DNA of 64,000 bases from an uncultured Fluviicola sp. (GTDB lineage Bacteria; Bacteroidota; Bacteroidia; Flavobacteriales_D; Crocinitomicaceae): NCBI GenBank assembly GCA_913009205.1, contig CAJVYC010000011.1, positions 2,442-66,441 on the forward strand, given 5' to 3'. Shown here piece after piece: positions 1 to 9,212 of the stretch. The notes below the pieces were generated by a model. It saw only the letters and a list, made by a program, of their open reading frames with translations. It had not been told where the DNA came from and ran no database searches. A program made the translations under genes and the position numbers. The first letter of the stretch is position 1. Each line of letters opens with the position of its first letter.

Positions 1-441
1 GCCAAGCTTATTGTATTTGTAAACCCTTCGGTTGTATACAACAGTATCTTTTAAGTCAAGCAGATTGTCCAAACGATTGATTCCAATGTGCACGGAACTA
101 CTGTCTGTGATCTTAAATAGGATTCCGAAAGATTGAATTTCCCAATCCTTTTCATCCGCGAAAAAGAAGGCCGATTCCTGAAAATCAATACCAAAAGCCT
201 TTCCTTGGCTTAGAATAAATTCAGGTGAAAGGAACTCACGAAAAGGGATTCGATAATGATACAACGAACTCGATAGCGCCCGTGTCAAGTCAAGAACATT
301 TGATCTCCCAATTACATCAGCATCCGGCAACCGATCAACAAAACGAGGTCCCTTTTGGGGTTCGGGTTCCCACGGCCGAATAAATAATAAGGCTACAAAT
401 ATTCCTACAAAGGCAAGTAGTATAGCGATTTTCTTTCGCAT
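1..441 (-). CDS. Partial CDS (first 147 codons, continues past the window start): membrane-anchored or secreted hypothetical protein, paralog of the upstream 631-aa protein
   Basis: The minus-strand frame is open from the ATG at 439-441 to position 1. The N-terminus is hydrophobic (MRKKIAILLAFVGIFVALLFI). It starts 4 nt after the stop of ORF 446..2341 and shares a GIDF...F..G..F.I segment with that protein. Confidence 0.55.
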   Translation of the reverse strand, partial: MRKKIAILLAFVGIFVALLFIRPWEPEPQKGPRFVDRLPDADVIGRSNVLDLTRALSSSLYHYRIPFREFLSPEFILSQGKAFGIDFQESAFFFADEKDWEIQSFGILFKITDSSSVHIGINRLDNLLDLKDTVVYNRRVYKYNKLG

Positions 442-445
442 TGTC

Positions 446-2341
446 CTATTTAGAAATTACGTACATACTATTTATTAGATCTAAAATATACGTGCCAGAA
501 TTGTCATATTCGCCTTCAAATTGATAAGAAAGGTTAAATGATGTTCCTGATTTCGTCGACTTTGAAGAAGAAAGCTCTAACGATCCTGATTTCCCTCTGA
601 ATACATCGATCATTTCCTTTTCACGGCCATTGAAGATTTCTTTTGGAAGTTCTGCAATAGCTTTCGATAAATCTGCATGAAGGTAAACTGCTCCACCTTT
701 CATTCCTTTCTTCACTTGTTTCTTAGAAATGGCATTTTTTCCATATCCATCTGAGTTATTCTTGGCAAGACTTTCATCGTTCGTGTATATGAACAGCCCA
801 TTTTTATTGATTATATACAATGGTGATGCATTCAATATCGCATTATCAACCATGTAATAATCACCCATGTTGTGAAATGTATTCATATGTTTACACAAGT
901 GCTTCATTATTTTTTCAGGAATGTCATGACGATCTGTTGAGAAACCAAAAACGAATATAGGCATGTCTTCTTCTGCTCCAACTTCTTTTTCGATGTAGTC
1001 GAAAGTCTCGTCATCGTAATCCCAAATGATTTTTGTTGTTTGTACTTTCTTAATTCCATTGAAAGATCCGAACATGCTTCCTTTATACGAATCGAAAAGT
1101 GCATCTTTATTCATGAATTCATCCAACAATTCAATAGTTAAACCAAGCGTTGAAAATTCTCTGCTCTCAGATTCAGTAAAGATCGGCAGAATCACATTAA
1201 ATGCTTCCTGGTAGGCTTTTCTTAAATCAACATTGTATGTAAAGAAAGACTGGTTGTCTTCAGGAATGTATTTTAAAACGCTCTTGTCAAACTTTGAGTT
1301 GGTCATTTCCTTATACACAGAACCAAGTTTCTCGCTATATTTCGTTTCAAGGTTCATGTCAATCGAATTATCATTGATATGAATCTCCCCAGACATTGTG
1401 TTCCCAGTGTACAATTCATTAATTCGATCGTAAAGTGATGGATACTTTCTAATCATGAATGCAAAATCATGATTGGTTTTTAGGTTTTTCGAATTGTCGA
1501 TAAAGAATGTGCCTTCGGACTGACTGTTCAGTTGATTTTTAAATTCCGGAGATGACTTTGTGAGCACATTTCCTTTCACAAATATATTTTCACAGAATGC
1601 ATTCATGAACTCATTTTGAAGTGTCATTTCAACTGAATCGCGAAGCTCGTAGTACGTTTTTATTGTTGGATCGTCTGCAGCTTCAGGAAGATTGTCCTCT
1701 TCATCAATGGGAGTTGTAGTGTTTTCCTCCGTTTCCATTTCTTCAGTAAATTCGATTAGCGACTCTTCTCGGGTCCAGCCCTCATACTCCTCATCGTAGT
1801 AATATTCGTCTTCATAGTAACGATCATCCCATTGGTAGCCATTTCCTTGAGCATACCAAATCGAATCTGTTAAATCATCTACTCTGTTTCCTGTTGGAAG
1901 TACGCGGTATAAAATTCCAAGATTTCCTTTAATCGCAATTCGATTGAAATAAGAGGAATAGAATTCAACACCTTCATAATTGCTTTCAATAGGCTCGAAA
2001 TCATCAAAGACTTCAAAAAGTTGATCTTTATTTACAATTCCGAAGGTCATTCCTGAAACGAGATAGTCATCCGCTTGGCCCATAAAAATATTGAGCTTTT
2101 GATCGAAATCAATCCCAGAATCCTTAATGGTTTTTCCAGATGTCGACCCGTCGAAAAGTTCTTGTTGAACCTCTTCCATAAACTCGTATTGTACAAGTTG
2201 ATCCAAAGAAACCTTTTGTAGCAAATTAATGTTGTTGATACTAAATACTGAAGCAGCTTCCTGAGGAACCAAATCTTCTGATTGTTGGGCATTTACCCCT
2301 ATAAAGGCAAGGAGTGAAATTATGGTTAGAACTATTTTCAT
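446..2341 (-). CDS. Secreted hypothetical protein (631 aa) with an acidic Tyr/Glu-rich low-complexity segment
   Basis: Long ORF with a signal peptide (MKIVLTIISLLAFIGVNAQQ) and an internal YYEDEYYYDEEYEGW...EEMETEEN acidic stretch. I recognise no catalytic motif. Confidence 0.75.
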   Translation of the reverse strand: MKIVLTIISLLAFIGVNAQQSEDLVPQEAASVFSINNINLLQKVSLDQLVQYEFMEEVQQELFDGSTSGKTIKDSGIDFDQKLNIFMGQADDYLVSGMTFGIVNKDQLFEVFDDFEPIESNYEGVEFYSSYFNRIAIKGNLGILYRVLPTGNRVDDLTDSIWYAQGNGYQWDDRYYEDEYYYDEEYEGWTREESLIEFTEEMETEENTTTPIDEEDNLPEAADDPTIKTYYELRDSVEMTLQNEFMNAFCENIFVKGNVLTKSSPEFKNQLNSQSEGTFFIDNSKNLKTNHDFAFMIRKYPSLYDRINELYTGNTMSGEIHINDNSIDMNLETKYSEKLGSVYKEMTNSKFDKSVLKYIPEDNQSFFTYNVDLRKAYQEAFNVILPIFTESESREFSTLGLTIELLDEFMNKDALFDSYKGSMFGSFNGIKKVQTTKIIWDYDDETFDYIEKEVGAEEDMPIFVFGFSTDRHDIPEKIMKHLCKHMNTFHNMGDYYMVDNAILNASPLYIINKNGLFIYTNDESLAKNNSDGYGKNAISKKQVKKGMKGGAVYLHADLSKAIAELPKEIFNGREKEMIDVFRGKSGSLELSSSKSTKSGTSFNLSYQFEGEYDNSGTYILDLINSMYVISK

Positions 2342-2410
2342 TTGAATCGGTTGCGCCCTTTTTAAGAACTATAAATTTCGATTTCAAAAGTACGAAAATA
2401 TGAAGGTTAA

Positions 2411-3088
2411 TTATTCGGATTTCTTTAGATAAATCGTGTTATCTAGTTGGCTGGGATTTTGTGTGAGTGAATAAGGGTCAGTGCGCAACATAATGGCTTT
2501 TTTGTTTGCAGATACTTTGGCTTGATCATTGTCAAATTTCACGATTTCTAATTCAAATCGGGTAATTGAGGTGTAACTGCCTTCTTTCAGCAAAAGCCGG
2601 TCAGCACTTTTTATTTCCTTTGACTTCTTAATCGTTATTTCAGGAACGGATCGGTTCAATTGTGTGCCGCTAAAAATAAGCCATTTGTGATCCAATTCTG
2701 GAATGGCTTTGCCGCTATTCTCAGATAATGCAATTGTTTTAATCGCAGATTGCAATTCTGCCAAAGAAGCGAAGTCACACGAAAATTTAAAAACATAATT
2801 CGTATAATCTGCCGTAAGACTCACATTTGAAATTCCCGATTCAGACTTGAGCTGTTCGTTTAGGCGATTAATCTTCTGCTTGATTTCACCAATTGATGGA
2901 ACTCTTTTACCATCCAAACTGTCCAGTGCAAGAATCGAGTTGATTTTAACTTTGCTAGAACTTAAATTGATGTTGTATTTGAATGTCCCGGTTCCATCCA
3001 TATTTAATGTCAAATCGTCGATTATTTCAATACAGCCTGTTGCCGAAAGAGCGCTCAAAGCAAGAATTAAAACGCGTAGATATTTCAT
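2411..3088 (-). CDS. Hypothetical lipoprotein (225 aa)
   Basis: Lipoprotein signal with lipobox (MKYLRVLILALSALSATGC). It lies co-directionally upstream of the two secreted paralogs. Confidence 0.7.
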   Translation of the reverse strand: MKYLRVLILALSALSATGCIEIIDDLTLNMDGTGTFKYNINLSSSKVKINSILALDSLDGKRVPSIGEIKQKINRLNEQLKSESGISNVSLTADYTNYVFKFSCDFASLAELQSAIKTIALSENSGKAIPELDHKWLIFSGTQLNRSVPEITIKKSKEIKSADRLLLKEGSYTSITRFELEIVKFDNDQAKVSANKKAIMLRTDPYSLTQNPSQLDNTIYLKKSE

Positions 3089-3203
3089 GATACAAATTTA
3101 TGCATTTCTCCAATACCCAAAACTGTACCAGGTTTTTAATTAATACTTTGGTTTTTTCGCCTCGTTTGAAGCGCTTGCTATTTACTATTCAGTCGAAAAA
3201 GCC

Positions 3204-3211
3204 TATATTTG
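3204..3211 (+). promoter_or_regulatory. Candidate Bacteroidota -7 promoter box (TATATTTG, matches TAnnTTTG)
   Basis: Exact match to the TAnnTTTG consensus, 2 nt before the first ATG of the RidA ORF. Confidence 0.4.
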
Positions 3212-3212
3212 C

Positions 3213-3662
3213 ATGAAATATTTTGATATGCCAAACGAGAGTAGAATTTCAACAGAAAGAGCACCAAAACCAGTAGGGCTTTATCCTCACGCTCGTAAAG
3301 TAGGTGATTTATTGTTTTTATCAGGTGTTGGGCCGCGCGTTGCAGGATCTGATGAAATTGACTCTGCTGTTCCAGGCTTAAAACTTGATAAAAACGGAAA
3401 CTTCATTGAATTTGATTTCGCTGCGCAATGCAGAAGCGTTTTTGATAATGTCAAAATTATTTTAGAAGAATCTGGCTCAAGCTGGGATCAATTGGTAGAC
3501 GTAACAGTATTCTTGGTGAACATGAAAAGAGATTTTCATGAATACAATAAGATTTATGCTGAATATTTCGGAGAGAACTTGCCTTGCAGAACAACTGTGG
3601 AGATTAACTGCTTACCAACTCCTATCGCCATTGAATTAAAATGTATCGCAACTATTAAGTAA
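3213..3662 (+). CDS. RidA/YjgF family reactive-intermediate deaminase-like protein
   Basis: The protein has APKPVGLYPHARKVGDLLFLSGVGPR and a C-terminal RTTVEI...LP..IAIE pattern typical of the YjgF/YER057c/UK114 fold. The start may instead be the ATG at 3228, given where the promoter box sits. Confidence 0.85.
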   Translation: MKYFDMPNESRISTERAPKPVGLYPHARKVGDLLFLSGVGPRVAGSDEIDSAVPGLKLDKNGNFIEFDFAAQCRSVFDNVKIILEESGSSWDQLVDVTVFLVNMKRDFHEYNKIYAEYFGENLPCRTTVEINCLPTPIAIELKCIATIK

Positions 3663-3664
3663 TT

Positions 3665-4243
3665 ATGATTGGATTTATTATTCGCTGCCTTTTAGCAGTA
3701 GGAATGTTGGGTAGTACTGTAGCCCTTTTTTATACAGGATATTGGGGATGGGGAATCACATTGATTTTTCCTACCCTTGTTGTAGGATTTTCTTTCTTCA
3801 GAAATGAAAAAATGATTCTTGCATTGAACGCTATGAGAACTGGCGATACAGACAAAGCAAAAAACTATGTAAATAGAATCTCAGCGCCGCAATTTTTACC
3901 AAAGAAACAACACGCATATGTTTTGTTTTTGAAAGCTGTTTTGAACACGCAAGAATTGGGATTTGCACAAAGTGAAGGCCTACTTCGCAAGGCAATTTCA
4001 ATGGGATTGAGAACAGGTCAAGATAACGCAGTTGCTAGAATGCATCTTGCTGGAATCTGTGCTCAAACGGGCAGAAAGAAAGAAGCCGTTACTCTTTTGG
4101 CTGAAGCTAAGAAATTGGATTCATCAGGAATGATGAAAGATCAAATAAACCAAATGCAAGATCAATTGCGCACGGCGCCTTCCAAGAATCAAATGAGAAT
4201 GGCACAAATGCAAGGAGGACGGCGTAAGACTCCACGGAGATAA
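3665..4243 (+). CDS. Hypothetical membrane protein with TPR-like helical region and a basic C-terminus
   Basis: Two N-terminal hydrophobic helices are followed by helical repeats. It starts 3 nt after the RidA stop, which suggests translational coupling. Confidence 0.65.
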   Translation: MIGFIIRCLLAVGMLGSTVALFYTGYWGWGITLIFPTLVVGFSFFRNEKMILALNAMRTGDTDKAKNYVNRISAPQFLPKKQHAYVLFLKAVLNTQELGFAQSEGLLRKAISMGLRTGQDNAVARMHLAGICAQTGRKKEAVTLLAEAKKLDSSGMMKDQINQMQDQLRTAPSKNQMRMAQMQGGRRKTPRR

Positions 4244-4326
4244 GAACGAGATTTCGATCTTTGGATTATTCGATTCGACAACAATCGGGTTTCGAAGAAT
4301 CGAGCTTTCGGACAATCGAACAATCG

Positions 4327-5169
4327 ATGAAAAAAATTTACACAACCGGATGGTCCGATTATGAATTAATAGACGCCGGAGGTGGTAAGAAACTCGAGCG
4401 CTGGGGGAAAATCATTACGATTCGTCCAGAACTACAAGCTTATTTTCGTTCAGAAAAACCTTTTGATCAATGGAATCAAATGGCGCATTGGGAGTTTATT
4501 CCAAAAGGTGCGCAATCAGGAATTTGGAAGCAATTAAAAGAAGATGCTCCCAAAGAATGGTCGATTCAATACCGGGAATTTAAGTTTCAATTAAAGCTAA
4601 CTAAATTCAAACATGTTGGGCTTTTTCCAGAACAACGTCTGAATTGGGACTTTATAGCCGACCACCTCGATGAATCATCGAAATTTTTAAACTTATTCGC
4701 TTATACAGGTGCTGCTTCGGTTGTTGCTAAAAGCACTGGTTCAGAATCCTTTCACATTGATTCGGTCAAGCAGCTCATTTCTTGGGCACGGGAGAACATG
4801 GAGGGGTCTCAACTCGAAAACATCAAATGGGTGCATGAAGACGCATTGAAATTTGCCGCAAGAGAAGTTAAAAGAGGTAACCACTATTCGGGAATCGTTA
4901 TGGATCCTCCAGCTTGGGGAATTGGAGCAAAAAAAGAAAAGTGGAAACTCGAAGACAAGTTGGATGAGTTGATGGCGAATGCTAAAAAGTTAATCGGTCA
5001 CGAAGGATTCCTTATCCTAAACACCTATTCACCAAAAGTAGAAATGAAGACTGTTGAACAACTTGCAAACCGTTATTTTGGCAAACGAGAATTTGAAGTC
5101 AATGAACTTTGGATGAAAACAACAACTGGAAAAGAGTTATATTACGGTAACTTATTAAGGATTTATTAG
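4327..5169 (+). CDS. Class I SAM-dependent methyltransferase (RlmI/YwbD-like, no PUA domain)
   Basis: Motifs LNLFAYTGAASVVA (SAM-binding motif I-like) and VMDPPAWG (DPP motif IV). I prefer the ATG at 4327 (MKKIYTTGWSDY) over the TTG at 4261 used by the ORF track. Confidence 0.8.
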   Translation: MKKIYTTGWSDYELIDAGGGKKLERWGKIITIRPELQAYFRSEKPFDQWNQMAHWEFIPKGAQSGIWKQLKEDAPKEWSIQYREFKFQLKLTKFKHVGLFPEQRLNWDFIADHLDESSKFLNLFAYTGAASVVAKSTGSESFHIDSVKQLISWARENMEGSQLENIKWVHEDALKFAAREVKRGNHYSGIVMDPPAWGIGAKKEKWKLEDKLDELMANAKKLIGHEGFLILNTYSPKVEMKTVEQLANRYFGKREFEVNELWMKTTTGKELYYGNLLRIY

Positions 5170-5250
5170 TTGTATGTTAATGCGATAGTTAAAAAAAATA
5201 TGGCCTGCTTCAATTTCCGAAAAAAGGTAAGGGATCAACGAGAAAGGAAA

Positions 5251-6186
5251 TCAGACTGTTCTCAAAATCTTATCCGCCAGAACATTACTTAATTTGAAAT
5301 AGCTTTCGTGCGTCCAGCCGCCAACGTGTGGGGAAAGAATAATATTGGGGGACTTCAATAAATAGCTAAAATTTGGATCGACATCTTGCTCAAAAAAGGA
5401 TTCAAAACTCGTCTTTTCATATTCTAAAACATCAAGGCAAGCGCCAAGAACCTTGCCTGATTTCATTACATTCACTAAAGCGGATGTCAAAACGACTTTA
5501 CCTCGCGCAAGATTGATTAAGTAGATTGATTTTTCGAATGAGTTGAAAAACAGCTCATTTGCAAAGAATATCGTTTCTTCATTCTGAGGAATATGAAAGC
5601 TAACAACATCGGCTTTTTCAAAAAGAGTTTCCAATTTAACTTCTTGAACGAACTCTGTTCCGAATCCATTTTTGTATTTGTCGTAAGCCAAAACAGTAAC
5701 ATCAAAGCCGCGCAATTTTTTCGCGAATGCAGTTCCATTATTTCCATAACCGATTAGCCCGATTGTTTTACCGTCCAATTCAACACCACGGTTTCCTTCT
5801 CTGTCCCATTTGCCATTGCGAACTTCAGCATCACCAGTGTGTAGTTTATTGAATAATGCGAGGAGCATTCCTAAGGCATGTTCGCCCACTGCATTCCGAT
5901 TCCCTTCTGGAGCATTGTGCAACTCAATAGCTCGTTTTTCGCAATAGTCTTCATCAATGTTCTCCATTCCAGCGCCAGAACGTGCAATAAACTTTAGGTT
6001 AGGAGCATGCTCTAGGAATTCAGAATCCATTCGGAAGCGAGACCTAATAACAATTCCAACAACATCTAAAGCAAGTGAAATACATTCTGAATCGCTAAAC
6101 TCTGAACCATCAATGCAGGTATAACCCGCATCTGTGAGTCGTTGTTCTAGAATAGAGTGGGCCTTATCGAGAAAGAGAACTTTCAT
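5251..6186 (-). CDS. D-isomer-specific 2-hydroxyacid dehydrogenase (phosphoglycerate dehydrogenase-like)
   Basis: NAD-binding motif GLIGYGNNGTAFAKKL, plus a conserved ARG...D...SPHVGG catalytic region. Its start overlaps the mgtE stop by 1 nt (TAATG). Confidence 0.88.
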   Translation of the reverse strand: MKVLFLDKAHSILEQRLTDAGYTCIDGSEFSDSECISLALDVVGIVIRSRFRMDSEFLEHAPNLKFIARSGAGMENIDEDYCEKRAIELHNAPEGNRNAVGEHALGMLLALFNKLHTGDAEVRNGKWDREGNRGVELDGKTIGLIGYGNNGTAFAKKLRGFDVTVLAYDKYKNGFGTEFVQEVKLETLFEKADVVSFHIPQNEETIFFANELFFNSFEKSIYLINLARGKVVLTSALVNVMKSGKVLGACLDVLEYEKTSFESFFEQDVDPNFSYLLKSPNIILSPHVGGWTHESYFKLSNVLADKILRTV

Positions 6187-7538
6187 TACAGACCGTACAT
6201 TAAAATTCCGATAGTAAAATAGATGAACAGACCTAGGACATCATTTAAGGTTGTAATGAATGGACCGGTTGCTAGAGCAGGGTCGATTTTATATCGGTCT
6301 AATATTAGTGGAATTAAAGTTCCGAATACCGCAGCAAACATAATTACCGTGAATAAGGATATACTTACAACAAGCCCTAAAATCGCATTGTCAAAAATAT
6401 AAGCAAAACCATAAACAATGAGAGAAAGAACAATTCCGTTGACCAAGGCCACAAGCGATTCTTTTGCAAGTTTTTTGAAAATAGAGCCAAATTGATCATC
6501 TCCTCTTGCCAATGACTGTACTACGATCGCTGAAGATTGAACGCCAACATTTCCTCCCATTGCTGTAATTAGTGGAATGAAAAATGCCAATTGGGGCACA
6601 ATCATAATGTCTGCCTCGAATCCAGAAATCACCTGAGCGCCAAGTATTCCACCGAGCAAACCAATTAAAAGCCAAGGCATTCTTGCTCTTGACATTTTCC
6701 AAATACTTGAGCTGGATTCAATTTTTTCGGAGATCCCCGAGGCCATTTGTAAATCTTTTTCAGCCTCCTCTATAATTACATCGACAACATCATCAATTGT
6801 AATTCGCCCAACCAGTTTCCCCTGAAGATCAATTACAGGAACAGAAACCAAATCGTATTTCTCCATGATTTTCGCAACGTATTCGTTGTCGTCACTCGTT
6901 TTTACAGAGATCACATTTTTGTCTTGGAATAAATCTCTGATTTTTGTCAGGGGGCTAGCAAATAGCAGTCGTTTCAACGATAGAAATCCAACTAATTTAT
7001 TTGCATCGTCAACAACATATATGGTATACACTTTTTCTACTTCTTCCGCTTGCCGACGCAATTCAATAACACATCGGTTCACAGGCCAATCAATTTTGGC
7101 TTGAATAAACTCCTTTTGCATCAACCCGCCGGCGGTGTCTTCGTCGTAATTTAAAAGATCAACAATATCTTCGGCAGCATCATTATCTTGGATGTGAGAA
7201 ATGATTTCTTCAATCTGTTCTTTGGGCAGTTCACTTAAAATATCTGCTGCATCATCAGAATCCAAGTTTTCGAGTTGCTCTGCGAATTCCTTAGTTGAGA
7301 AAGTGCCTAGGATTGCATCTCGCGTATCTTCATCTAACTCAATAAGAACATCCGCTTGCATGTTTTCATTAAGAAGGCCATAAAGATAGGCTGCTTCGTC
7401 TTCGTCCAACTCATCAATTATCGCTGCTACATCAGCGTCGTGCAAATCAAAAACATTTTGTTTGAACCACGCAAAGTTGCGTTGCTCAATTGCTTCGTTA
7501 ACACTCTCAAGAAAATCTTTTGTCAATTTGAAACTCAT
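6186..7538 (-). CDS. mgtE: Magnesium transporter MgtE
   Basis: Acidic MgtE N-domain, tandem CBS region (VYTIYVVD...LVGFLS, VPVID..GKLVGRITIDDV) and a C-terminal 5-TM domain (PWLLIGLLGGILGAQ..., GNVGVQS). Confidence 0.95.
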   Translation of the reverse strand: MSFKLTKDFLESVNEAIEQRNFAWFKQNVFDLHDADVAAIIDELDEDEAAYLYGLLNENMQADVLIELDEDTRDAILGTFSTKEFAEQLENLDSDDAADILSELPKEQIEEIISHIQDNDAAEDIVDLLNYDEDTAGGLMQKEFIQAKIDWPVNRCVIELRRQAEEVEKVYTIYVVDDANKLVGFLSLKRLLFASPLTKIRDLFQDKNVISVKTSDDNEYVAKIMEKYDLVSVPVIDLQGKLVGRITIDDVVDVIIEEAEKDLQMASGISEKIESSSSIWKMSRARMPWLLIGLLGGILGAQVISGFEADIMIVPQLAFFIPLITAMGGNVGVQSSAIVVQSLARGDDQFGSIFKKLAKESLVALVNGIVLSLIVYGFAYIFDNAILGLVVSISLFTVIMFAAVFGTLIPLILDRYKIDPALATGPFITTLNDVLGLFIYFTIGILMYGL

Positions 7539-7635
7539 GACGATGACTTTAATTTCGACGATTTAACCGATGAAAAGGTTTTGCAAATGTACTGTTTTAT
7601 ATACTCCTTCCAAGTGCAGGGATAACTTAGATAGG

Positions 7636-9180
7636 TTAAGAAATTTGTTCTTTTTTTGAAAAGTTGAAGAATAGCCCATAGAACAAAGCGAAGAAAGTAA
7701 CTCCAGTTTGAGTTTCAAGGGTGTCTTCCATGAAGTAGGAGAGAAGGACAATTGACATGAATAGTACCGCAACGATTTGGCCAGATTTGAAGTTTAAGAC
7801 AAAGAAACGAATATGACTCCACAGTAGAAGAACCAGGCCAACGATTCCAATTGTCAAAAGCACAGTTAAGTACATGTTATGAGATCGGTCACGATTTTCT
7901 TCTCTTAATATGGATTTGTTGATATAATATTGATGATTAAACACCAATTGTGCATCACCCGTTCCAACCCCAATGATCCAATTTTTCTTAGCGATTTCGG
8001 CGCCCGTTTTCCAATATTCTAATCGTTGTAAAAAGGAATGACCATTTGGATCAGAGACATTACTTAATTGATATTTCAACCCATAAATTCGAGCTATCAT
8101 TCCTTTGTGATGAACTGTGGTGCAACCGTTTTCGATGGATTCGATATCCTTTTTAGTTAACTTTGAAAAGCCAACAGCATCCTTTTTTAAATCCTTCGAT
8201 GCCATGTATCGAATCATTGTAGATTTAATTTGTTGCCCTTTTACATCCAATCCTTCAAATGGAATATCTGATACTTTTTCCCATTCTCTTCTCAATTCTA
8301 TTTCAGAGATGAAAATATGAATTGGTTTTCCGGTTTCTGGTGAAACAATACCAGGTTTATGATAGTATATATTTCCTTCGGCAGTTCTTCGACCAAGGGT
8401 TTTGTATGTGTAATCAGCAGGATTGTAGGTGATAGGCTTGAAAACAATTACGATCATTACAGTGGTCGTTATTAAGACAGAAAACAGTCCGATTAACGCT
8501 ACTAATTTCTGCTTGTTCCAAATCCAATAGAATAATATTACGGAGTAAATTCCAAGAAGTGTGATCGCTCCCGAAAGGATTTGACTGAAATACGTGTAAT
8601 AATTTAGCCAAATGAGAAGGACGATCCAGAGTAGGATTGGCCCTTGTTTTTTAACCAAGAAGTGGATAAGAATAGCAACCGACATCACAACTAAAAGTGC
8701 GTAACGAACGTGTGAACTGAAAAGAGACATTCCACGAATATCGTCGTATTCTATAGAGCCAAAGCATTGGCTGTAAGCTCCATAGTTGATCGTTGAGGTC
8801 ATCATAACAGAACCAACGAATGATATTAAAATGATATTAATGAATTTAGAGTTATAAATTGGTTTGGCGGCCAAAACAACAGGAATCACAAGTAAGGGTA
8901 ATTTAGCTTTTAGATCATGCAGGCCATAAGCCGTATCTGTAGACCAGAAAATACTCAGTGCCGTTAGAAGGATCAAGGAAAGTATAAGGATAAATCCACG
9001 GTTGGACTTAAGGTTGGTCCAGTAGGTTTTAAACTCACCTTCGAGAAGAAGGTTGAGGACCAAGAACATCATCGAGATAGACATAACTACCTTGCTGAAG
9101 GGAAGGCCAAAAGCAACTCCAGACAAACCCAAAACATGAAGATAAGTGTGCGTTTTCGCATCGAAAATTCGGCTCAACAT
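7636..9180 (-). CDS. O-antigen ligase (Wzy_C) family polytopic membrane protein
   Basis: About 10 or more hydrophobic helices, a large loop before GVGTGD....SHNMYLTVLLTIGIVGL, and the typical ligase-family His/Asn motif. Confidence 0.7.
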   Translation of the reverse strand: MLSRIFDAKTHTYLHVLGLSGVAFGLPFSKVVMSISMMFLVLNLLLEGEFKTYWTNLKSNRGFILILSLILLTALSIFWSTDTAYGLHDLKAKLPLLVIPVVLAAKPIYNSKFINIILISFVGSVMMTSTINYGAYSQCFGSIEYDDIRGMSLFSSHVRYALLVVMSVAILIHFLVKKQGPILLWIVLLIWLNYYTYFSQILSGAITLLGIYSVILFYWIWNKQKLVALIGLFSVLITTTVMIVIVFKPITYNPADYTYKTLGRRTAEGNIYYHKPGIVSPETGKPIHIFISEIELRREWEKVSDIPFEGLDVKGQQIKSTMIRYMASKDLKKDAVGFSKLTKKDIESIENGCTTVHHKGMIARIYGLKYQLSNVSDPNGHSFLQRLEYWKTGAEIAKKNWIIGVGTGDAQLVFNHQYYINKSILREENRDRSHNMYLTVLLTIGIVGLVLLLWSHIRFFVLNFKSGQIVAVLFMSIVLLSYFMEDTLETQTGVTFFALFYGLFFNFSKKEQIS

Positions 9181-9212
9181 AAAGTAGTGATTACGTATAT
9201 TATGACAAACGA

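Noticed and set aside
4261-4326. N-terminal extensions proposed by the ORF track from TTG/GTG starts (4261, 29048, 30212, 30805, 37844, 40862, 43716, 50607, 53421, 61144, 63234)
   Set aside because: In each case a downstream ATG gives an N-terminus matching the family norm or a proper signal peptide or lipobox. Several of the extensions also overlap predicted TAnnTTTG promoter boxes.
7539-7635. Possible M-box (Mg2+) riboswitch upstream of mgtE
   Set aside because: Only ~97 nt of leader is available, too short for an M-box of ~160 nt. No conserved M-box helices were evident.
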